Shown here piece after piece: positions 1-9,740 of a DNA stretch of 64,000 nucleotides. Within the stretch, counting starts at the first letter, position 1. Every line of letters begins with the position of its first letter. The DNA lies in NCBI GenBank assembly GCA_964416765.1, contig CAYQEU010000001.1:549357-613356 (forward strand). The letters are read 5' to 3'. The notes beneath the pieces are model-generated. The model was given only the letters and a program-made list of their open reading frames with translations, did not search any database and had not been told where the DNA came from. Both the position numbers and the translations under genes were made by a program. The stretch comes from an uncultured Candidatus Saccharibacteria bacterium (GTDB lineage Bacteria; Patescibacteriota; Doudnabacteria; UBA920).

Positions 1-1170
1 CAGCATTTCGGAAACCTGGCCAAGCGAGTTACGGTCAACAGAACCTTTTTCAAGATTATCACGGCGCACGGCTTTTATCTGGCCGCCCTCAACTTCCATG
101 GCACCGACTTCCAACCGAAGCGGCACGCCCTTCAGTTCCCAGTCATTAATCCGCCGACCAAGGCTGCTGTGAAAATCCGTATCCAACTGAGCGCGGATAC
201 CCGACTGTTTCAAATCGGCCACCAGGTTGCGGGCATATTCTTCAATTTGCTTTTGGACGTTTTCATCCCTGTTAGAAAGCGCCACAACAATAACCTGGAT
301 AGGGGCAACCATTGGCGGGAGCACCAAACCAGAATCATCTCCATGGGTTAAAACCAACCCCCCAATGGAACGGGTCGAGAATCCCCAGGAAGTTTGGTGA
401 ACCGACTGCTTATCTCCCTTGTCATCAAGGTAAGAAACGCCGAAGGCCTCGCCAAAATTAGTTCCAAGGTAGTGAGAAGTCGCTGCCTGTAATGCTTTAC
501 CGTCCGGCATAATCAGTTCAATACTGTAGGTCGCGTCCGCACCGGCGAATTTTTCGTTTTCGCTCTTTAAGCCGACGTAAGGTGAAGCGGCGAAATATTC
601 TTCGTAAAACTTCCGATACCATTCCAGGGCTTCCATGACCATTGTCATGGCATCCTCTTTATCGGCATGGGCGGTGTGCCCTTCCTGCCAGAGGAACTCT
701 GAGGTGCGCATGAACGGGTAGGTTCGTTTTTCCCAGCGCACAACGTTGCACCATTGGTTAAGCTTCATCGGCAAATCACGGTGGCTGGAAATCCAATCGG
801 CAAATTTTTGGGTAATAACTGTTTCTGAGGTGGGGCGAATTGCTAGCGGCTCAGCCAGCTCTTCTCCCCCGCCGTGGGTGACAACTGCGAGTTCAGGAGA
901 AAAACCTTCAACATGCTCCTTTTCCTTTTCAAACAGGCTCATCGGCACGAACAAAGGAAAGTAAACGTTTTGCACGCCGCCTTCTTTGAACCAGGAATCC
1001 AGCACGGTCTGCGCTTTTTCCCATAGGGCAAAGCCGTTAGGGCGCAAAATCATACAGCCTTTTACATCAGAATATTCAGCCAGTTCCGCCCTTAGCACCA
1101 CGTCGTGGTACCATTCAGAAATATTCTCTGATTTCTTAGTTAAACCTTTCTTTTCAAATGCTTTTTCCAT
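1..1170 (-). CDS. proS: Prolyl-tRNA synthetase, archaeal/eukaryotic-type class II (partial; C-terminus beyond window start)
   Basis: My own minus-strand translation from ATG at 1168-1170 gives MEKAFEKKGLTKKSENISEWYHDVVLRAELAEYSDVKGCMILRPNGFALWEKAQ..., which is typical of the archaeal-type ProRS N-terminus. The ORF runs open to position 1 and is not in the ORF track because it is truncated. Confidence 0.8.
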   Translation of the reverse strand, partial: MEKAFEKKGLTKKSENISEWYHDVVLRAELAEYSDVKGCMILRPNGFALWEKAQTVLDSWFKEGGVQNVYFPLFVPMSLFEKEKEHVEGFSPELAVVTHGGGEELAEPLAIRPTSETVITQKFADWISSHRDLPMKLNQWCNVVRWEKRTYPFMRTSEFLWQEGHTAHADKEDAMTMVMEALEWYRKFYEEYFAASPYVGLKSENEKFAGADATYSIELIMPDGKALQAATSHYLGTNFGEAFGVSYLDDKGDKQSVHQTSWGFSTRSIGGLVLTHGDDSGLVLPPMVAPIQVIVVALSNRDENVQKQIEEYARNLVADLKQSGIRAQLDTDFHSSLGRRINDWELKGVPLRLEVGAMEVEGGQIKAVRRDNLEKGSVDRNSLGQVSEML

Positions 1171-1171
1171 G

Positions 1172-2308
1172 TTAGCCAATAATATGTTTAAAGAGTGAAG
1201 TGGACAATACGTCACGCGCGGTAACTACAGCCATGAGGAGCAAGAGAAGGACAAACCCGACGGCATTCGCGGTCTGCTCCCATTGCGGGTTATTGCGTTT
1301 GCCCCGTATCTTTTCAATAAATAGGAACAGGACACGGCCCCCATCCAATGCCGGGATAGGCAAGCTGTTAAGCAGTGCCAGGTTAAGCGATAGGAAAGCG
1401 ACAAATTGCAGTAACGGAATAAATCCAACCCGGGCCACCTGTCCAGTTAACTGAGCTATCTTGACTGGGCCGCCAATATTAGCAAACCCTTGTCCCGAAG
1501 TAAACAAACCTACCAAACCGAGGACAATAGCTTTTAGCTGGTTTACTGAAGTAAGCAAGCCGCTCCAAATGGATTGATACCAAGGAAGGCGAAGCGTCCC
1601 CACATTCGCGAGCCCTATGCCAGTAGGACCGGAGTTCTCCGGTGGATTTGCGTTTGAATCCACGCCGATGTCCATGGTTTCATTAAGCCGTTTGATTTCA
1701 AAAATTATTTTTTCACCTTTGTGGCTGAAAATGAACTGTCGGGCTTCATCCAGGCTGGCAAATGACTGGCCGTCTATGCTCACGATAGTATCTCCAGGCT
1801 GTAATCCCGCTTGGGAAGCCGGAGATTCGGGCATAACATCAATAATCGCGACTCTGGGGCTGGTTAAAGTCCCGCCATGCGGGATACTGTCGCTTTCAAC
1901 CGCAACCGGCAGACCTACCGCATACCCAATTGAGAGCAAAACCCATGCCAAAACAAAATTCATCAATACGCCTGCCAGCAAAGTAAACAGCCGTGGGAAA
2001 AACTTTTGATTAATAAAACTCCGTGGGTTATTTTCCGCTTCGTTATTCTCCCCCAGGATCTTAACGAACCCGCCAAGCGGAATCCAGTTCAAAGAATATA
2101 TAGTAGTGTCCTGCCGAGGCGGGGTTTTGGAACCGATTACTTTCCATGCGCCGTCAACCTTTTGGAAACCGACCAGCCGGGGCGGAAAGCCAAAACCAAA
2201 CTCGTGGACTTCCATTCCACTGCGCTTGGCTACTAAAAAGTGTCCCGCTTCATGTACGAACACCAGTAAACCCAGTACGATTACGAAAATTATTATAGTT
2301 ACTATCAT
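1172..2308 (-). CDS. rseP: Site-2 protease / RIP zinc metalloprotease (M50) with PDZ domain
   Basis: N-terminal TM segment followed by HEAGHFLVA (HExxH) motif; internal PDZ-like segment; C-terminal TM segments. Confidence 0.85.
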   Translation of the reverse strand: MIVTIIIFVIVLGLLVFVHEAGHFLVAKRSGMEVHEFGFGFPPRLVGFQKVDGAWKVIGSKTPPRQDTTIYSLNWIPLGGFVKILGENNEAENNPRSFINQKFFPRLFTLLAGVLMNFVLAWVLLSIGYAVGLPVAVESDSIPHGGTLTSPRVAIIDVMPESPASQAGLQPGDTIVSIDGQSFASLDEARQFIFSHKGEKIIFEIKRLNETMDIGVDSNANPPENSGPTGIGLANVGTLRLPWYQSIWSGLLTSVNQLKAIVLGLVGLFTSGQGFANIGGPVKIAQLTGQVARVGFIPLLQFVAFLSLNLALLNSLPIPALDGGRVLFLFIEKIRGKRNNPQWEQTANAVGFVLLLLLMAVVTARDVLSTSLFKHIIG

Positions 2309-2856
2309 TAAATGGTCATTAATTCTTGTTCCTTGTCTTCAGCGCCGGTTTTAATCTTGGCGTTATAGTCATCGACGGCATCCTGTAGCTTCTTCTGCTC
2401 GCGGGAAACATCATCCTTGGTCAAATCCCCATCGCTTTCCCCTCTCTTCAATTCTTTCATTACTTCTTCGCGTACCTGCCGCACTCCAATGCGCGCGTTC
2501 TCCGCCATTTGCCCGACAAGCTTTACCATTTCTTTCCGGCGTTCTTCAGTTAGCGGAGGTAAATTGATACGAATAACATTGCCGTCGTTGCCCGGAGTGA
2601 AACCCAGATTGGCGGCAATAATTCCCTTTTCGATTTCCTGAATTTGGCTCTTGTCCCATGGACTTATCGTGAGAGTCTTGGCATCGCTTACCGTAACAGC
2701 GGCTACCTGCTGAAGAGGGACTTTCGTGCCATAGCTTTCTACCATAACTGTAGCGAGCAGAGCCGGATTGGCGCGCCCCGTACGGACACTGCCCAATTCA
2801 TGGTGGAAGTGTTCGATTACCTTTTCAAAATTTTCCTTGTATTGCTGTATATTCAT
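2308..2856 (-). CDS. frr: Ribosome recycling factor
   Basis: 182 aa with the characteristic RRF sequence pattern (VRTGRANPALL..., ISPWD..., NLPPLTEERRKE). Start overlaps the rseP stop. Confidence 0.9.
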   Translation of the reverse strand: MNIQQYKENFEKVIEHFHHELGSVRTGRANPALLATVMVESYGTKVPLQQVAAVTVSDAKTLTISPWDKSQIQEIEKGIIAANLGFTPGNDGNVIRINLPPLTEERRKEMVKLVGQMAENARIGVRQVREEVMKELKRGESDGDLTKDDVSREQKKLQDAVDDYNAKIKTGAEDKEQELMTI

Positions 2857-2865
2857 AAAAATTAA

Positions 2866-3930
2866 TTATTGATTAGATACTCCCGCGTATACCAACTGTG
2901 TATTACTGGGGTTTACCAAAAGAGCGCTTACCGGGATCTTAGAATTCGAGTTTTGTGTTTGCCACGAGTAACCCCCGTCCGTGCTTTTATATATAGTAAG
3001 GCCTACAGCCGTATATACCAAACTGTCATTGTTGGGGGAAGTTGCCAGAGCTCGGATTTCGGCCTGCTGGTCCTGCACCGGCAAAATCAGGCGGCTCCAA
3101 GTAGAGCCCTGGTCAAGGCTGCGGAACAAGCCGTTGTTGGTTGCAAGGTAAATTGCTCCTGAGCCCACGGCAAACGTGTTATAGCTTCCAACATTGGAAA
3201 AAGCGGAAAGAAAAGGTATACTGGATGAATTTTCCCCCGTTTGCCCGGTTGTGTTGGTAAAAGTTTGCCCGTCCGCTGACTTAAACATTCCCCGATTGTG
3301 GATTAGCACCAAAAGTGATCCGCTGAACGATTTAATCCCGGTTACCCGGCTTTGGAAATTTTGGACCAGTTTCCAGCTCAAACCACCGTCGTCGCTTCGA
3401 ACTATGTTTCCATCGTTCATGCCAATGTATACCCGCTGTGACGTTTCCGGGAGCACAACCTGAACGGCGTTGCCGGAGGTCGCTTCGTTGTAAATCTCCT
3501 GCCAAGTTTTACCTGCATCCCTAGTTACCAAAACCCGTCCATGGTTAGTGGAGATTCCGGCGGCGTAGATAATATCAGCGTTGCTAGGGTCAAACGCAAA
3601 ATCCATAATACTGAACTTGCTGAGAATTTGGTTCCAGGTCGTCCCCCCATCTTCCGAAACGTACATGCCGTTGTCATAACTAGAAGCATAAACCACATCA
3701 GGAGCACCGGGCTTAAATTTTAGCGCGGAAATACTGGCTGACCCAATGCTAGCCTGCTTAGAATCTTTCATGTTGTCGGAAAACTGCCAGTCCGTACCGC
3801 CATTGGCTGAGCGGAGCACGCCGGCCCCCTGGACTTTACCGGAACCTAAAAAGATATCACAACCGGCTCCCATGGTGGCGATAACAGTTAAGACCAAACC
3901 TATTTTTGCAATTTTGGTAAAAATATTCAT
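2866..3930 (-). CDS. Lipoprotein with BNR/Asp-box repeats (Ycf48-like / sialidase-like beta-propeller)
   Basis: Lipoprotein-type signal ending in GAGC. Repeated S/TxDGGxTW Asp-box motifs (DGGTTW, DAGKTW, DDGGLSW, DQGSTW, TDGGYSW). Confidence 0.6.
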   Translation of the reverse strand: MNIFTKIAKIGLVLTVIATMGAGCDIFLGSGKVQGAGVLRSANGGTDWQFSDNMKDSKQASIGSASISALKFKPGAPDVVYASSYDNGMYVSEDGGTTWNQILSKFSIMDFAFDPSNADIIYAAGISTNHGRVLVTRDAGKTWQEIYNEATSGNAVQVVLPETSQRVYIGMNDGNIVRSDDGGLSWKLVQNFQSRVTGIKSFSGSLLVLIHNRGMFKSADGQTFTNTTGQTGENSSSIPFLSAFSNVGSYNTFAVGSGAIYLATNNGLFRSLDQGSTWSRLILPVQDQQAEIRALATSPNNDSLVYTAVGLTIYKSTDGGYSWQTQNSNSKIPVSALLVNPSNTQLVYAGVSNQ

Positions 3931-4748
3931 AAGAGCAATCGTTGTAAAACTAATTTTTTGTTTAAGTTTGAACGGAGAAGTCCCAAAGCATCAACGGTCT
4001 TTCGCATCGCCAGGCTGAAGCCCGGTTCTGTTGCAAGCTGACTGCGTTGTTTCGCAAGCAAAAGCATAAGAACTTCGCGCAAGGTTTCCGTGTCTTCACT
4101 GCCTAATTCCGAAATTGTTAATAGCTTGTCAGCAGTGGGCGCTGTTGCCGCTTCCGCTAGCCGCTTTGACCAAGCCATAGCCTGGACCAATCCTTTGCCA
4201 TTCTTAGCGAGCTCTATCAATTTTGCCGGGGAACCCGAGGCGAGCGTAAACATTTCATCGGTAACTTCTAGCCCCCTCTCCGTCGCAAAACCTTTCAGGT
4301 CAGCGGAACTGAGGCGGTTAAACGGTATGACACGGGTACGAGACAGTACGGTGGGGACAGGCTGGCGGGAACTGATTAAAACTAAAATTGTACTGGGAGT
4401 AGGTTCTTCCAGGGTTTTCAGCATTGCGTTCTCGATTGCCGCGTTGGCCAAATCAAAATTGTTCAGCACCGCTACTTTTTTCTCACCTGCCAAGGGCTTG
4501 GAAGAAACGAGCGATAAAAACTCCCTTATGCTCTGAACGGAATTACTGTCTTCATTGGCCAGATCAAGCTCCAACAAGTCTACCACTTTACCATTCAATA
4601 TCTGGCTGGCAAATTCGCCCGCAACCAAACGCTTCCCGACACCCTGAGGACCGTAAAACAAATAGGCATGCGCGAACTGACCATTTTTAAACTGGTCAGC
4701 TAATTGCTGCCTAGCAGGTTTGTGTCCAAAAATGGGGTTTTTTTCCAT
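3927..4748 (-). CDS. holB: DNA polymerase III delta-prime subunit
   Basis: AHAYLFYGPQGVGK P-loop-like motif, LKTLEEP motif, typical size (273 aa). Confidence 0.75.
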   Translation of the reverse strand: MEKNPIFGHKPARQQLADQFKNGQFAHAYLFYGPQGVGKRLVAGEFASQILNGKVVDLLELDLANEDSNSVQSIREFLSLVSSKPLAGEKKVAVLNNFDLANAAIENAMLKTLEEPTPSTILVLISSRQPVPTVLSRTRVIPFNRLSSADLKGFATERGLEVTDEMFTLASGSPAKLIELAKNGKGLVQAMAWSKRLAEAATAPTADKLLTISELGSEDTETLREVLMLLLAKQRSQLATEPGFSLAMRKTVDALGLLRSNLNKKLVLQRLLL

Positions 4749-4801
4749 GAAAATGGTGTTTTTACCCTAAAATTATACCATTTTCGGACGCTTACTCAAA
4801 G

Positions 4802-5167
4802 TTATTTATTGGAATTGCCGGGGGTTTTAGGGGCAGTCCCCAGGTCTACCTCATTGCTGTAGTAACCCTGGCTCTCACCGTTGGAATTATTGGTAGCTTT
4901 GTTGGTATTAGCATTGCCGTTTTTATTCGTGTTGGCTTGGGCGTTGGAATTATTGGCGTTGCTTATGTTTGACTGGATATTTTGGTTCAACGCGTTGTTA
5001 ACAGGGAGCGGATTAGTGTTGTCGGGGGTCCCACTGTCAGCGTTTTCCAGATTCGTTTCTACCACGGGAACTTGGGTTTGGCTTTTACCATAAATATATA
5101 ACCCAACCAATGAAATAATGAGTATGGCAAGGATTATATATAAAACTTTGTTTTTCATTTGTTTCAA
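4802..5167 (-). CDS. Small membrane-anchored protein with Asn/Thr-rich low-complexity ectodomain
   Basis: N-terminal TM (LYIILAILIISLVGLYIY) followed by N/T/A-rich low-complexity sequence; no recognisable domain. Confidence 0.4.
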   Translation of the reverse strand: MKQMKNKVLYIILAILIISLVGLYIYGKSQTQVPVVETNLENADSGTPDNTNPLPVNNALNQNIQSNISNANNSNAQANTNKNGNANTNKATNNSNGESQGYYSNEVDLGTAPKTPGNSNK

Positions 5168-5206
5168 ATTAATGCCGATGTTATTCTACCCTCGAATTAT
5201 ACACCC

Positions 5207-6094
5207 ATGCCCAAAACAGTTGAAGCCAAGCCTAAAATACTAGTTATAGTTGGTCCCACCGCAAGCGGAAAAAGCGAATTAGCCGTTAAACTAGCCAAAA
5301 AAATTAATGGTGAGGTACTGTCTGCCGACAGCAGACAAGTTTACCGTCTCTTAAATATCGGAACCGGTAAAGTTAAAGGTAAATTCAAGGGTACGCCGCG
5401 CGGGGAAGCATATATGTATAAAGGCGTACCTCATTATGGAATTGATATAGCAGATCCCAAACGCCAGTACTCAGTAGCCCAATTCCAACGATACTCAAAG
5501 CGGGTAATTGCCAATATATTGAAACGCGGAAAGTTGCCGATCGTGTGCGGTGGTACCGCGCACTGGGTTGACGCTGTGGTATACCAACAAAATTTTCCGG
5601 CTGTGAAGCCAAACTTGGCTTTAAGAAAAAAGCTGGAGAAACTTCCGGCGGAAAAGCTGTTCGCGAAACTGGAAAAACTGGATGCCCGGCGCGCAAGCGT
5701 AATTGACCGGCATAACAAGCGCCGGCTCGTCCGGGCGCTGGAAATTATTGACGCTACCGGCGAAACGGTTCCTCATCTACTGGAAGAATCCCCCTATCAA
5801 GCAACCTGGCTGGGCATCAGAACTGACATGGAAGGATTGCGAAAAAATATCAGAGAACGGCTAAACAAGCGAGTTAAACAGGGGATGTTTAACGAAGTAC
5901 AAGGTCTCCGCGGCAACGGGTTGTCCTGGCAGCGGTTATGGGACTTAGGGCTTGAGTACCGGTGGTGCGCGGAATATTTGAAAGGTAATTTGTCAAAATC
6001 TGATGCCCTTGAAAAATTGGAGACCGAAATCAACAAATACGCCAAGCGCCAAATGACCTGGTGGAAACGGAATAAAAAAATTGAATGGGTTTAA
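5207..6094 (+). CDS. miaA: tRNA dimethylallyltransferase
   Basis: GPTASGKS P-loop and SADSRQVYR motif typical of MiaA. ATG at 5207 (MPKTV...) preferred over the track start 5159, which overlaps the upstream gene. Confidence 0.85.
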   Translation: MPKTVEAKPKILVIVGPTASGKSELAVKLAKKINGEVLSADSRQVYRLLNIGTGKVKGKFKGTPRGEAYMYKGVPHYGIDIADPKRQYSVAQFQRYSKRVIANILKRGKLPIVCGGTAHWVDAVVYQQNFPAVKPNLALRKKLEKLPAEKLFAKLEKLDARRASVIDRHNKRRLVRALEIIDATGETVPHLLEESPYQATWLGIRTDMEGLRKNIRERLNKRVKQGMFNEVQGLRGNGLSWQRLWDLGLEYRWCAEYLKGNLSKSDALEKLETEINKYAKRQMTWWKRNKKIEWV

Positions 6095-7599
6095 CCATTC
6101 AATTTTTTTCTGAGCAATTCATTTACCACTTGGGGGTTTGCCTGTCCTTTCATTTCTTTCATTACCATTCCCACTAGGAACCCGAAAGATTTTTCCTGGC
6201 CCGCTTTGTAGTCGGCTACCGCTTTTTCGCTGGCGGCAATGACTTTGTCCACGGCGGCTTCAATGGCACCTACATCGCTCACCTGGACCAGACCTAAATC
6301 TTGGACTATATTGTCCGGTTCCCCGCCTTTTTCGTACATCACTTTTAGTACCTGTTTACCCGCGGAGGAAGAGATTTGGCCAGCGTCGATGAGCTTTATA
6401 AGTTCAGCAAGATTTTCGGGGGTTACTTTAGAGTCAGCCGGGTTGTCTCCCGTGGTTTTAAGAAGCGCGGAGAATTCTTGCAGGCACCAGTTTGCCGCTT
6501 GTTTGACCAGCTTGTTGATGTCAGCCGGGCTGCTATCTGCGGCTATCCAGGCTTTCAGCTCACTGACTACATCTTCGAAATAGTAATTGAGTTCTTTCCA
6601 GGAAATAAGGTTTTCAATATCAGCCAATGGCAGGCCGTATTCTTCCATGAATCGTTTACGCTTCGCTTCCGGCAGCTCGGGCAAACGTCCGCGCAGGTCT
6701 TCCAAATACTCTTGAGTAAAATGCATTACGGGCAAGTCAGGGTCAGGGAAATAACGGTAGTCATTAGCTTCTTCCTTGCTGCGCTGTTCCACGGTCTGGT
6801 TGAGCTTCTCATTCCAGCCCATTGTTACCTGTTTGGGCATCTCCCCTTTTTCAAGCAATTCAATTTGGCGTGGAACTTCATAATTGATCGCGGCTTCCGC
6901 AAACTTAAAGGAGTTGATGTTTTTCACTTCCACTTTGTACTTCGGCAAAGTTTCCTCGCCTGGTTTGCGCACCGAAATATTCGGTTCGCAGCGCATAGTT
7001 CCTTTTTCCATATCTGCATCGCTGGCACCGACGTAGCGCACAATATTGCGCAATTCCTGCAGGAAAATGCGCGCTTCTTCCGCGCTTTCGATGTCAGGCT
7101 CAGTAACGATTTCTAACAAGGGAGCTCCAGCGCGGTTGTAGTCTACCAGAGAGTAAGGTAACCCTTCCGGGTGAACGTTCTTACCGGCATCCTCTTCCAG
7201 GTGGGCCCGGGTAATTCGCACGCGCTTGGTCCGCATGCCAGCTTCAGCGGTTGCATCGGGGATCTGAATATCAACATAACCCTTTTGGGCAATCGGTTCA
7301 TCGTATTGGGAAATTTGGTAACCTTTGGGCAAGTCTGGGTAGAAATAATGCTTGCGGTCGAATTTGGAGTATTCAGGAATTTCGCAGTTCAATGCCAAAC
7401 CGGCCATAACACCCAGGCGTATAGCTTCTTTATTTACCACGGGTAAGGTTCCGGGCTCAGCGGTAACAATTTCATCTATATTAGTGTTGGGACTCTTCTC
7501 GTTCGGGTCATTGGGCGCCGGGCCAAACATCTTGCTCTTTGTCGCAAGCTGGACATGGATTTCCAACCCAATAACCGGTTTGTAGCCTTTATTTTCCAT
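6091..7599 (-). CDS. gatB: Asp-tRNA(Asn)/Glu-tRNA(Gln) amidotransferase subunit B
   Basis: MENKGYKPVIGLEIHVQLATKSKMFG... is a canonical GatB N-terminus. Start at the internal Met gives a 1-nt TAATG overlap with the gatA stop. Confidence 0.9.
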   Translation of the reverse strand: MENKGYKPVIGLEIHVQLATKSKMFGPAPNDPNEKSPNTNIDEIVTAEPGTLPVVNKEAIRLGVMAGLALNCEIPEYSKFDRKHYFYPDLPKGYQISQYDEPIAQKGYVDIQIPDATAEAGMRTKRVRITRAHLEEDAGKNVHPEGLPYSLVDYNRAGAPLLEIVTEPDIESAEEARIFLQELRNIVRYVGASDADMEKGTMRCEPNISVRKPGEETLPKYKVEVKNINSFKFAEAAINYEVPRQIELLEKGEMPKQVTMGWNEKLNQTVEQRSKEEANDYRYFPDPDLPVMHFTQEYLEDLRGRLPELPEAKRKRFMEEYGLPLADIENLISWKELNYYFEDVVSELKAWIAADSSPADINKLVKQAANWCLQEFSALLKTTGDNPADSKVTPENLAELIKLIDAGQISSSAGKQVLKVMYEKGGEPDNIVQDLGLVQVSDVGAIEAAVDKVIAASEKAVADYKAGQEKSFGFLVGMVMKEMKGQANPQVVNELLRKKLNG

Positions 7600-9053
7600 T
7601 AGCGCGGACCTTTCTTGTGCCAATCAGTCACTTGCTGAAAAGCATGGCCAACATTAAACACCTTTTGTTCATCCCATTGCTTGCCCATAACCTGCATTCC
7701 TACCGGTAGGTTTTCGGAAAAACCTGCAGGGACAGAAACAGCTGGCAAACCGGCTAAAGATGAGGGGATGTTTAATTGGTCGGCGATATACCCAAACAAT
7801 GGGTCTGAAGCAGCTTTGCCCAACGGCAAAGCAACGTTAGGAGACGAAGGAGCAACCAAAACATCAACTTTTTTAAATACTTCTTCGAACTCATTCAAAA
7901 TCAAACGACGCACCTTTTGCGCTTTTTTATAGTAAGCATCGTAATAACCTGCGGACAAAACATATGTACCGGTCATAATACGACGTTTAGCCTCATCGCC
8001 GAAACCTTCGGCGCGGCTTTGCTTGTATACATCAAGAAGGCTTTGCGCTTCCTTGCTGGTGTGGCCATACCGAATGCCGTCATAGCGGGCTAAGTTGGAG
8101 CTGATTTCACTCGGGGCAACAATAGCGTAAACCAATGAACCGTATTTTGTGTTAGGCAAACTGACTTTGACCAGCTCGGCTCCCAGCTTCTCCAATTCCT
8201 TAATTCCTTCCATTACCGCTTGCTTAACCCCATCTTCCATACCCTCGACAAAGTACTCATCGGGGATACCTACTTTCAAACCTTTAATATCAGGGCTTAA
8301 ATTAGCAAAATAATTGGGTACATCATGAGGGCCGGTGGTGCCATCTTTAGGGTCTTGTCCCGAGATTACGCTGGCAATCATTGCCAAATCCTCAACTGAA
8401 TGAGCCATAGCCCCGGGGCTATCCAAAGATGAACCCATGGCGATAACACCATATCGACTAACTCGGCCATAGGTTGGTTTCCAACCCGAAACTCCGGTCA
8501 GTGAAGCCGGCTGACGAATACTCCCTCCTGTTTCCGTGGCTAATGCCCAAGGTATTAAACTCCCGGCCACGGCACTTGCCGAACCGCTCGATGAGCCACC
8601 GGGCATGCGTGTGGTGTCCCAAGGGTTTTTGGTGGCGCCAAAAGCGGAAGTTTCCCCAGAAGACCCATGAGCAAATTCATCCAAGTTGGTTTTTCCTAAT
8701 AGCACTGGCTTGTGTTCTTTCAGCTTCTTAATCACCGTGCCATCGTAAGGAGGAATGTAATTATCCAAAATTTTAGACGCGGCTGTGGAACGGATTCCTT
8801 TGGTAACAAATAAATCTTTCGCCGCGTATGGGATGCCGCACAAAACTGGGTTTCCCCCCGCTGATGCTAAATAATCATCAGCGATTTGGGCGTCCTTCAG
8901 CGCTTCTTCTTCCGTCACCGTAATAAACGCGTTTAATTCCGGGTTTTGTTCCTTAATGCGCGCTAAAAAATATTCCGTCAGTTCTTTTGACGAAACTTTT
9001 TTCTCATCCAAATTTTTGCGTAATTCCGCGAGTGTCAGTGTTTCCCAGTTCAT
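7599..9053 (-). CDS. gatA: Glu-tRNA(Gln) amidotransferase subunit A
   Basis: Amidase-signature GGSSSGSASAVA motif; 484 aa. Confidence 0.9.
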   Translation of the reverse strand: MNWETLTLAELRKNLDEKKVSSKELTEYFLARIKEQNPELNAFITVTEEEALKDAQIADDYLASAGGNPVLCGIPYAAKDLFVTKGIRSTAASKILDNYIPPYDGTVIKKLKEHKPVLLGKTNLDEFAHGSSGETSAFGATKNPWDTTRMPGGSSSGSASAVAGSLIPWALATETGGSIRQPASLTGVSGWKPTYGRVSRYGVIAMGSSLDSPGAMAHSVEDLAMIASVISGQDPKDGTTGPHDVPNYFANLSPDIKGLKVGIPDEYFVEGMEDGVKQAVMEGIKELEKLGAELVKVSLPNTKYGSLVYAIVAPSEISSNLARYDGIRYGHTSKEAQSLLDVYKQSRAEGFGDEAKRRIMTGTYVLSAGYYDAYYKKAQKVRRLILNEFEEVFKKVDVLVAPSSPNVALPLGKAASDPLFGYIADQLNIPSSLAGLPAVSVPAGFSENLPVGMQVMGKQWDEQKVFNVGHAFQQVTDWHKKGPR

Positions 9054-9358
9054 AAAATCGCTTTCACCTTATAAAATCCGTCTTTCGTTTCCGGCGCGCC
9101 GGCCAGAATATCGTCACGGTCTTCAGTACGAACCGGTTCATCTAAGCGCTGGACGTTTTCCAGTCCGGTGACGGAGCTGACGATCTCCAAATTTTCAGTG
9201 TCGACTTTCTGCAAATCCGCCACGTAATCCAAAACCGTGCTGAGCCCCTGCTGAAATTTTTCCACTTCTTCAGGGCGCAATTCAATGCGCGCCAATTCGG
9301 CTATTTTTTCAACTTCTTCTTTGCTTAACATAAGGTAATTATAGCTATTACCCGCCAA
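9050..9358 (-). CDS. gatC: Glu-tRNA(Gln) amidotransferase subunit C
   Basis: About 100 aa with a GatC-like sequence (LSKEEVEKIAELARIEL...). Sits immediately upstream of gatA with a 4-nt overlap. Confidence 0.8.
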   Translation of the reverse strand: MAGNSYNYLMLSKEEVEKIAELARIELRPEEVEKFQQGLSTVLDYVADLQKVDTENLEIVSSVTGLENVQRLDEPVRTEDRDDILAGAPETKDGFYKVKAIL

Positions 9359-9378
9359 AAAATAAAGACATAATTAAA

Positions 9379-9404
9379 GGGCACTCGGTCGAAACTTTGT
9401 GCCC
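9379..9404 (-). terminator. Intrinsic terminator/attenuator hairpin (GGGCAC...GTGCCC) between the orphan transcript and gatC
   Basis: 6-bp GC stem with 14-nt loop, followed on the minus strand by TTTAATTATG..TTTATTTTTT and on the plus strand by TTTTCC. It lies 20 nt upstream of the gatC start. Confidence 0.45.
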
Positions 9405-9452
9405 TTTTCCGTGTTCCATGATAACCTCAACTGTTTTGCCGGTTGGCAAAGA

Positions 9453-9705
9453 CTACTCGTAAGAGCCTTCGTGGTTTCCCGGCGACCATGTTCGTGGGTC
9501 ATCCGAAAGACTAGGTCTTTGCTTTTCGCCCGAGCATTCCCGGCGCTGGTTATCTTCCGTAGTGTCCGCCACTCGTTGCGGCGTTTCTTCGTGTTTCTTT
9601 TCGTTACACTGCATATCTGATACGGTCTCCTTGTTATAGCTTCCCCCTTGTTCTTTTCCTGAAATAAAAAGTAACCCGCCGATTCTCGCGGCGAGATTAC
9701 ATGTG
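9453..9705 (-). ncRNA. Orphan transcription unit: candidate sRNA or cis-regulatory leader of gatCAB (also contains a 53-aa charged ORF 9453..9614 with an AGGAG SD)
   Basis: Bounded by a perfect promoter (9712..9740) and the hairpin at 9379..9404. No conserved protein. I looked for RNase P, SRP and T-box signature motifs and did not find them. Confidence 0.35.
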
Positions 9706-9711
9706 AGAGAA

Positions 9712-9740
9712 AGTATACAATTTTCAGGCACAAAAGTCAA
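9712..9740 (-). promoter_or_regulatory. Sigma-70 promoter, TTGACT-N17-TATACT
   Basis: Minus-strand -35 TTGACT (9740..9735), 17-nt spacer, -10 TATACT (9717..9712). Confidence 0.55.

Noticed and set aside
6376-7116. 246-aa plus-strand ORF inside gatB
   Set aside because: Antisense shadow ORF of gatB with no motifs.
9385-9705. RNase P RNA, SRP RNA, 6S RNA or T-box leader identity for the orphan transcript
   Set aside because: Searched by eye for GGAAAGUCCGG / ACAGAANCCGGCUUA (RNase P), GGAAGG-AGCAGCC (SRP) and AGGGUGGNACCGCG (T-box) and found none. A tmRNA identity is excluded because ssrA is at 58511.
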